Assembly (NCBI GenBank): GCA_041650915.1
Contig: JBAZKE010000003.1
Location: 21,226-85,225 of the forward strand
Direction: 5' to 3'
DNA length: 64,000 nt
Source of the DNA: Patescibacteria group bacterium
GTDB taxonomy: Bacteria > Patescibacteriota > Patescibacteriia > UBA10025 > JAHIVO01
Position 1 is the first letter of the stretch, and every line of letters starts with the position of its first letter. Both the position numbers and the translations under genes were made by a program. Below the pieces are notes generated by a model. It saw only the letters and a list, made by a program, of their open reading frames with translations, was not told the DNA's origin and searched no databases. Shown here in pieces: positions 57,676-64,000 of the stretch.

Positions 57676-58878
57676 ATGGCGAAGAAACTATCATATTTGG
57701 GGGTAGACCTGAGCGGCTCAAGCATCAAGATCGTTGAGCTTGTTGACATTGGCGGCAGGTCGCAGCTCGTTACGTATGGTTTTGCAGAGGGTGTTCCGAG
57801 CATTATTAAAGACGAGAGCGTGGAAGCGCGGCATGAAGTCGCGAATCACGTTAAAGATGTATTAAAACAGTCGCGCATGTCGAGCCTCAGGGTCGTAACC
57901 GCACTGCCAAACTTCAGCGTATTCAGTTCGCTCATCAGCCTTCCTGCGATGAGCAAGAAGGAGCTCATTTCCGCTGTACGGTGGGAGGCGAAAAAGTTCG
58001 TGCCGATCCCGCTCGAAGAGATGATTCTGGACTGGGAGGTCCTGTCGGGGGATGCTGAGCAGCACGCCGCACCGGGCAGCGCGAAGGGGATGCTGGAAAA
58101 AAAGAATCACGCGGGGGATCTGCAGAAGAAAGATGGGGGCAAGGCATCGCGGGATGGTTTTCCCGGCGGTGGCGGAGGAGATCCGGAGAGCGGTTCTAGT
58201 GATGAGCAGGCGTCAGCCCGATTGAAGGAAGCGAAGGCCAGCATTAAAGTTCTCCTGACGGCAGCGCCAAAAAATTTGGTGAACCGGTACGTTGAGCTCT
58301 TCAAGGAAGCGGGCGTGCAGCTCATCGGCCTGGAGACGGAATCTTTCGCGCTCGAGCGCGCTCTCATCGGCAACGACCAGAATCCGGTTATGATTATCGA
58401 TATTGGCAATGAAGCCGCAAGCCTCACTATTTTTGCGCGCGGCGTGCCGATCCACAACCGCAGTATCGATATCGGCGGCACTACCATAACGAAGGCGGTT
58501 GCACAAGCAACCGGGCTTGCCGAGGAACACGCCGAGCAGTTCAAGCGCGATATGAACGGTTCGCTTGATGACGAGTCGGTAGAGAAGCTGCCCCAGCAGG
58601 TTAAGTACGTCGTGCACTCTGTCGTCAATGAAGCGCGCTACATTATAAACTACTACGAGCGCCAGAATAAGCAGAAGGTCTCGAAGATTATTTTAACTGG
58701 AGGCTCTTCATACTTCATGGACTTGCCTGACTATCTGCAAAAAATCTTCAATATCAAGACATACATCGGAGATCCGTGGGCGCGGGTAATCCACCCCGTT
58801 GAAATCGATTCGTTGCTCAGGCAGCTCGGTCCGCGGCTTGCCGTGTCAGTCGGCTTGGCGATGCGTGAAATTGTATAA
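57676..58878 (+). CDS. pilM: Type IV pilus assembly protein PilM (actin-like ATPase) with a Gly-rich insertion.
   Basis: LGVDLSGSSIKIVEL and IIDIGNEAASLTIF (actin-fold phosphate motifs). A ~60-aa insert rich in GGGGGDPESGSSDEQ. Confidence 0.8.
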   Translation: MAKKLSYLGVDLSGSSIKIVELVDIGGRSQLVTYGFAEGVPSIIKDESVEARHEVANHVKDVLKQSRMSSLRVVTALPNFSVFSSLISLPAMSKKELISAVRWEAKKFVPIPLEEMILDWEVLSGDAEQHAAPGSAKGMLEKKNHAGDLQKKDGGKASRDGFPGGGGGDPESGSSDEQASARLKEAKASIKVLLTAAPKNLVNRYVELFKEAGVQLIGLETESFALERALIGNDQNPVMIIDIGNEAASLTIFARGVPIHNRSIDIGGTTITKAVAQATGLAEEHAEQFKRDMNGSLDDESVEKLPQQVKYVVHSVVNEARYIINYYERQNKQKVSKIILTGGSSYFMDLPDYLQKIFNIKTYIGDPWARVIHPVEIDSLLRQLGPRLAVSVGLAMREIV

Positions 58879-58932
58879 ATTGCATTATTAATATAGAGAT
58901 ATGCCCTTTCTCGCCGATGGGGCTGTGTTATG

Positions 58933-58961
58933 TTGACTTATTTTTTTAAATATGCTACAAT
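58933..58961 (+). promoter_or_regulatory. Sigma70 promoter TTGACT-17nt-TGcTACAAT between pilM and pilN.
   Basis: TTGACT at 58933-58938, extended -10 TGCTACAAT ending at 58961, in the 213-bp AT-rich spacer. Confidence 0.5.
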
Positions 58962-59091
58962 ATACATATAACCGTTATAGGGAAAACCACTCTATACGCA
59001 GCTTCTGAGTATAAGCCTTATTTACAAAAAAGGGTTAAATTAGGCTCACCGCAAGTCTAGAAAAGGGTTACGAAAAACAAAAAAACAAACT

Positions 59092-61278
59092 ATGTCCATT
59101 AACCTCCTCCCCGGCGAGGAAAAGTTGAAAGTTAAAAAACAGCAGCAGCGGCCAGCTCCGCGGATAGAGCTAACAGGCCCGGTTAAGCCTGCAAAGAAGA
59201 CAAGGTCAGGCGTTGAGCACGCTGGCGTTTTGTCTTTTTTCAAACGTCCTTTCCTGCGCCCGAAAGTGGATGTAAGAAAGCAGGAAGCCGAGAAAGCCAT
59301 GGTAGCTCCGGCAAAAAAAATTCTGCTCGAGGAGAAAATCTTGTACCAGAAATCCAGGGTTACCTCAATGCCAAAACCAAGGGTTGAATTTCGGGCTGAG
59401 CCACAGAAGCAGCCGGAAAGTTCAAAACCGGCAGGAAAAAAGGTTTCATTCATGGCTCGCCTGTTCGGCCGGAGAGCGCCCGAAGCGGCACAACTTCCGG
59501 CAGCTTCCGCCGTGTGGCAGCAGAAGGAACAATTTCCCAAGTATAAGCCTGTCCGTACGGAGCGGGTCGCACAAGAGCCTGCTCCCAAGAAGAGAACTCC
59601 GCAGGTCGTGCATGTCGCCGCGAACGGCGGCGGGACGGCTGGTGCAGGAGAAGCAGTAAAAAGAGCGGAAGAGTCCGGACGTGAAATCCATGCTGCCGCT
59701 GGTTTTCCGAAACTCGATCAGCAGCTTAAGGCGACGGTCGAGGTCGTAACGCCCCAACAGCAGGCGAAGCAGGTGCCGGCACCAGCGCCTTCAGTGTGGA
59801 AGCGGTTCATGCACTGGCTGCGGGGAATGTTTGGCAGGAAGAAAAAATTAGACCTCCATCCCGCGCTCACCGGCAAGTCGCTGCCTGTCGTTACGCCCCC
59901 TCCGCCGCGGAGAGAAGTTTTTCATGCTGAGCGTGTCACGTACGCCCCGGCGCGGGAAATTACCCCCGAGCTTCAGCGGCCGCATGAGCGCCCCGCGCCA
60001 GACATGGAGCGGATTAAGATCGAGCCGCCGAGAGCTTTCGGCAGCGAGGTAACGCAGACTCTGGAAGTCGCCCCGCCCGCACCAGAACAAAAAAAATATT
60101 CAGCCCCGATTTCTGCTCCTCAGAAAATTTCAGCGCCCCAGAAGCCGGCCGCGGAGCCGGAGAGGGCTGCGCCACCCGTACCGGAAGTAGCGCCACTAAA
60201 GAAAGAACAGAAAAAAGGCAGCGGCTTTGGCGCGTGGTTAAGAAGGGTGCTCAGCGCCCTCGCGGGCATATTCAAGCGCAAGAAGATTGTACGCCCTGCG
60301 GCGGAAACGCATCCGGCTGAAGTGAAGGCTGACGTGAAAGAGGGCGTAAAACTAACGGCTGCGCAGGAAGCGCCCCACTATGATTTTCACGCACCGTCGT
60401 TCATCAACCCTCCGGAAGCGCAGTCCGAAGTGACAGCTGCACCAGCGGCTGAAGAAGCGGGCGATGCCATGGAACGCGTATCTGCAGCAGAAGCGATAGA
60501 TGTGCCAGCAGTACAACGAGCCGAAGTGCGCCCGGAGCGGGAGGAGATCAGCAAACAGCCTGATGCCATTGTGGAGCCGCCGCTTCCGCCACTCCCACCG
60601 CCACCTCCGTCGGAACGTGCTAGCGGAGTACGGCTTACGAAGCCCGAGGCGCCCGGAGTACAGCATACGGTCGAGTGGGAGATCAACCTGATTCCGGAAG
60701 AGTCGATGATGCATGAGCTGCCCGTAGTAAAGCTCCTGTACCTTGGCCTCTTTGTGATCGCCGCGTGCGGACTTATTTTTGGCGGCTGGCTCGGCGCAAA
60801 TTTTTACTATAATAATATCACCAAGAATGTCGGGCAAGTAAAAGATGAGATTCAGTCGCTCGCCACCTCGATCAACCAGTATGACGATTTGCAGGATAGG
60901 ATAGACGACTTGAATGCCGAGGTTCGTGAAGCAAAGACTCTTCTCGAGAAGCACGTTCACTGGTCAAGCATTTTTACGAAACTCGAAGCCCACACCGTAC
61001 CGGAGGTGTACTATACGACGATGGTTGCCGACGTGAATGGGGTGCTGCGCCTCGGTGCGGTCGGAAAAAACTATGAGGCGGCGGTCAAACAGCTGCTTGT
61101 GCTCGAGAAGGCGACGGATTTTGTAAAAACCGCTACCATATCAGGCATTCAGTTCATAGGCGAAGCTGCCGCCACCGATGGAACCGGGAATGTGCCCGTG
61201 GATGCAATGGACGATCGCGCAGTCAGCTTTACGATCGAGCTGACGGTCTTGCCGAGCATCTTTTATTTTTCACCGTAG
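59092..61278 (+). CDS. pilN: PilN-like type IV pilus assembly protein with a ~500-aa Pro/Ala/Lys-rich cytoplasmic insertion.
   Basis: N-terminus MSINLLPGEE (PilN INLLP motif). A second EWEINLIPEE lies about 20 aa before the single TM LLYLGLFVIAACGLIFGGWL. The C-terminal PilN periplasmic domain is followed by pilO. Confidence 0.65.
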   Translation: MSINLLPGEEKLKVKKQQQRPAPRIELTGPVKPAKKTRSGVEHAGVLSFFKRPFLRPKVDVRKQEAEKAMVAPAKKILLEEKILYQKSRVTSMPKPRVEFRAEPQKQPESSKPAGKKVSFMARLFGRRAPEAAQLPAASAVWQQKEQFPKYKPVRTERVAQEPAPKKRTPQVVHVAANGGGTAGAGEAVKRAEESGREIHAAAGFPKLDQQLKATVEVVTPQQQAKQVPAPAPSVWKRFMHWLRGMFGRKKKLDLHPALTGKSLPVVTPPPPRREVFHAERVTYAPAREITPELQRPHERPAPDMERIKIEPPRAFGSEVTQTLEVAPPAPEQKKYSAPISAPQKISAPQKPAAEPERAAPPVPEVAPLKKEQKKGSGFGAWLRRVLSALAGIFKRKKIVRPAAETHPAEVKADVKEGVKLTAAQEAPHYDFHAPSFINPPEAQSEVTAAPAAEEAGDAMERVSAAEAIDVPAVQRAEVRPEREEISKQPDAIVEPPLPPLPPPPPSERASGVRLTKPEAPGVQHTVEWEINLIPEESMMHELPVVKLLYLGLFVIAACGLIFGGWLGANFYYNNITKNVGQVKDEIQSLATSINQYDDLQDRIDDLNAEVREAKTLLEKHVHWSSIFTKLEAHTVPEVYYTTMVADVNGVLRLGAVGKNYEAAVKQLLVLEKATDFVKTATISGIQFIGEAAATDGTGNVPVDAMDDRAVSFTIELTVLPSIFYFSP

Positions 61279-61282
61279 TGCC

Positions 61283-61870
61283 ATGAAGTTTGCAATCGTA
61301 AAGAGGGATCTGATACGGATTTTCACGAAGTACTTCGTGCTGATTTCGGTAATCACGACGCTGCTTATCATCGGCGCTGGCTACCAGCTGTTTATCAAGG
61401 GCACGGTCGCCGACATCAGGTCCATCGGCGTGATCGATCTGAAAGAGCGCGAGCAGCAGAAGCTCAACCTGATAGATACGCTCGAGCGGCTCAAGCGGCT
61501 CGAGACCCGGTACAATGAGCTGACGTATGAGGAAATCAAGCAGCTTGAGTACCTCTTGCCTGATGAGCGTGAGATTCCCTATATCGTTATTGAGCTGAAA
61601 GATTTTATCGCTGCGAACGGGCTCGTGCTTAAGTCGATCGACGTCGGCGTGTTCAAGGCTGCTGTCGGTGAAGAGGAAGAGGAAACGAAGGCAGTGAGCT
61701 TGAAGAGCCTCAACGTAACGGTAACGATCGAAGGCCTCGACACGTACGCGCAAATCAAAGATTTTCTGGATAAGCTCGGCACGCTCATGCCGCCATTTGA
61801 ACTCAATTCATTTTCCTATGCACCGGACAGGACGAGCTACAGCCTGAACCTAACGACGTACTATAAGTAA
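61283..61870 (+). CDS. pilO: Type IV pilus assembly protein PilO.
   Basis: N-terminal TM plus a coiled coil. Position and size (195 aa) directly after pilN, with a 4-nt spacer. Confidence 0.65.
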   Translation: MKFAIVKRDLIRIFTKYFVLISVITTLLIIGAGYQLFIKGTVADIRSIGVIDLKEREQQKLNLIDTLERLKRLETRYNELTYEEIKQLEYLLPDEREIPYIVIELKDFIAANGLVLKSIDVGVFKAAVGEEEEETKAVSLKSLNVTVTIEGLDTYAQIKDFLDKLGTLMPPFELNSFSYAPDRTSYSLNLTTYYK

Positions 61871-61884
61871 GCAGCACGGCGACT

Positions 61885-62811
61885 ATGGAACCCAAGAAAG
61901 AGAAAAAGATTAAACACCTGGCGACGTACCTGGCAATCGGGCTCGTAGCGGCTGGAGTTGGCGGGTATATCATCTACGATATTTTTTACAGTACACCCGA
62001 AACGGGGGTCGTTACCCGTGATGATGCTGCGGCGAGCGGCTTGGGCAAGCCTCTCACCTTCAAGATTGACGATGAGGTGTTCAGCGACGCACGGCTGTAT
62101 GAGCTCGCGAAGGAGCCGTTTGAAGGTTTCAACGAGCAGCACCAGGGCATCGCGCTTAATACGCGCGATCCTCTCGCACCGACGCTCGAATCAGTTACGA
62201 GTACCGGTGCAGGCCGCCAGCTCATCGTCAAGTGGCAGCTGCCGGCGCATATCAATTTTTCTTCCGTCCGTCTGTACCGTTCCGAAGCGAAGGGCAAGCT
62301 CGGCATGCTCGTGTACGAAGAAGCTATCAGCGGGATGGACAGCGGCAGAGTGATGAACTATATCGATAGCGATGTTGTCAACGAGGTGCAGTACTACTAC
62401 CTTATCCGTTCAGTGGCGGTCGATGAAGCGACGGGAACTGAGTATGAATCGGAGAATGGCGATCAGTTGTTTGGTATTCCTGCTGATACGATAGCCCCTG
62501 ATTCTCCGTTGAATGTCAGCGTTGGGAGTACTGGGGACGGGGAGATTACCGTTTCGTGGATCAATCCGTACAATACCGATTTCTGGTTTGTCCGCGTATA
62601 TCGGTCAACCGTGGAGGGCGCGCTCGGCAGCGTCGTGTACCCTCGGAATGAAAATGACATCGCGGAGCAAGCGGAATCGTACGTCGATAGCGTTGATCCA
62701 AACACCGCGTACTACTATACTGTAACCAGCGTCGATACCTCGCTCAATGAATCCAGCACCGACGTGCTCGCCGCTCCGTACCGGATTAATCCTTTCATAC
62801 CCCTGCCATAA
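61885..62811 (+). CDS. Membrane-anchored protein with two fibronectin type III-like domains, sitting in the PilP/secretin position of the operon.
   Basis: TM LATYLAIGLVAAGVGGYIIY. Repeated LIVKWQLP...VRLYRSEAKGKLGMLVY and ITVSWINP...VRVYRSTVEGALGSVVY. Confidence 0.55.
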   Translation: MEPKKEKKIKHLATYLAIGLVAAGVGGYIIYDIFYSTPETGVVTRDDAAASGLGKPLTFKIDDEVFSDARLYELAKEPFEGFNEQHQGIALNTRDPLAPTLESVTSTGAGRQLIVKWQLPAHINFSSVRLYRSEAKGKLGMLVYEEAISGMDSGRVMNYIDSDVVNEVQYYYLIRSVAVDEATGTEYESENGDQLFGIPADTIAPDSPLNVSVGSTGDGEITVSWINPYNTDFWFVRVYRSTVEGALGSVVYPRNENDIAEQAESYVDSVDPNTAYYYTVTSVDTSLNESSTDVLAAPYRINPFIPLP

Positions 62812-62821
62812 CGTTACGAAT

Positions 62822-64000
62822 ATGGATTTCAATGGACCACAGACAAGACAGTCGCTGCTCGATATTTTTATCGAGGGCGGCCTCCTGCCGATAGAACGGG
62901 TAGAGGAGCTGAAAAAGCAGGCGAAAGATGATGATGAAGTAGCAGAAATTGCGATCCAGCGCGGATTCATATCCGAGGAAGACGTCGCGAAAGCCCGGAG
63001 CAGGGTGCTCGGCGTGCCGTATATCGATTTGTTTGGCAAGTCGATACCGCATGCGGTTTTAAGTTTAATACCGCGGGAGCTGGCAGAAAACTACCACTTC
63101 GTTGCGTTCGATAAAGTTCAAAATGAAATCAGCCTCGCCATGGTAAACCCGGGCGATTTCAAGGCCATTGAGGCGGTAGAATTCATCGCACGGGAAAAGC
63201 AGCTGAAGATAAAGTTCTATATTATATCTACGAGCGGTTTCCGGTATGCGGCAAAACAGTACGCAACGCTCGGCGCGGAGGTGGAGGAAGCGCTGGCGGG
63301 TACGGACCAGCGGGATCGCGGATCACTCGATGAGCTGCTCGACAAAGACAAGGGCAAGGGGCAAACCGTCAAGAGCGCCCCGGTATCAAAGATGGTATCG
63401 GTCATCCTCAAGCACGCCGTCGAGGGCAATGCATCTGATATCCACATCGAGCCGGTCGAGAATGAGACCCGGGTTCGGTACCGCGTTGACGGCGTCCTCC
63501 ATACCTCACTCGTGCTGCCGCGGTATGTGCACTCGGCGATCGTCGCGAGGATTAAGGTGCTCTCCAACCTGAAGCTCGATGAAACGCGCGTTCCCCAGGA
63601 CGGCCGTTTCCGCACCGAGTGGGAGGGGAGAATCATTGACTACCGCGTTTCAACGCTCCCGCTATTCTCGAATGAGAAAGTCGTTATGCGTATCCTTGAC
63701 CGCGCTGCTGTCGTGCTCGATCTGGAAAAGCTGGGATTTGAGGGGAGGAGCCTCGAAGTTATGCAGCAATCAGTCAAGAAGTCGGTCGGCATGATCCTGC
63801 TGACTGGCCCGACCGGTTCTGGAAAATCAACCACGCTCTCTGCTCTGCTCACCATCCTCAACGACGATTCAATCAATATCATTACGCTTGAGGACCCGGT
63901 TGAGTACTACATCAACGGCGTAAACCAGTCCCAAATCAATCCCGATGTCGGGCTTACTTTTGCGGCCGGGCTCCGGTCGATTTTGCGCCAGGACCCCGAC
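62822..64000 (+). CDS. pilB: Type IV pilus assembly ATPase PilB/GspE, 3'-truncated by the window edge.
   Basis: Manual translation from the ATG at 62822 gives a T2SSE N-terminal domain, then the Walker A LLTGPTGSGKSTT and the VEYYINGVNQSQIN motif. The ORF has no stop before 64000, which is why it is absent from the ORF track. Confidence 0.8.
   Translation, partial: MDFNGPQTRQSLLDIFIEGGLLPIERVEELKKQAKDDDEVAEIAIQRGFISEEDVAKARSRVLGVPYIDLFGKSIPHAVLSLIPRELAENYHFVAFDKVQNEISLAMVNPGDFKAIEAVEFIAREKQLKIKFYIISTSGFRYAAKQYATLGAEVEEALAGTDQRDRGSLDELLDKDKGKGQTVKSAPVSKMVSVILKHAVEGNASDIHIEPVENETRVRYRVDGVLHTSLVLPRYVHSAIVARIKVLSNLKLDETRVPQDGRFRTEWEGRIIDYRVSTLPLFSNEKVVMRILDRAAVVLDLEKLGFEGRSLEVMQQSVKKSVGMILLTGPTGSGKSTTLSALLTILNDDSINIITLEDPVEYYINGVNQSQINPDVGLTFAAGLRSILRQDPD

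Overview
This 64-kb window is gene-dense bacterial chromosome, roughly 55-60% GC with strong GC3 bias. Most genes lack clear Shine-Dalgarno sequences and the content resembles Patescibacteria/CPR-like genomes; that is inference only. Reading left to right there are four blocks. (1) The 3' end of a giant Cys-rich secreted protein with a dockerin-like repeat pair, followed by a conjugation-type type IV secretion (T4SS)-like locus. The locus holds a TrbL/VirB6-like polytopic membrane protein, a PrgI/VirB3-like protein, a VirB4 ATPase split into two adjacent ORFs, a VirB8-like candidate, a T4SS-pilin-like protein with a Cys-rich extension and a membrane-anchored beta-propeller. (2) DNA repair and uptake genes radA, recG, comFC, clpC, htpX and lemA, with a cluster of three minus-strand tRNAs embedded. 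Two of these are tRNA-Ser genes whose 3' ends are tandemly re-copied in their trailers (three 135-bp units and one 178-bp unit). All three trailers carry a conserved hairpin with covarying stem. (3) An array of four consecutive large surface proteins of 1048, 1405, 742 and 4951 aa. They share N-terminal modules, Gly/Tyr-rich repeats, beta-propeller repeats (FDGxxxW, BNR/Asp-box, delta-60-like WRIEKR, PHVxW), Cx2DADC disulfide knots, and in three of them a conserved C-terminal Cys...CRxL-COOH motif. (4) Immediately downstream, a type IV pilus operon: pilM, a pilN with a ~500-aa Pro-rich insertion, pilO, a double-FN3 membrane protein and pilB (runs off the window). Three near-consensus extended -10 sigma70 promoters and several hairpin terminators are visible. 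The most interesting candidate system is the paralogous giant-adhesin array with its shared C-terminal motif, coupled to the T4P operon and a T4SS-like locus. Many long antisense ORFs in the six-frame track are GC-driven shadows and were rejected.
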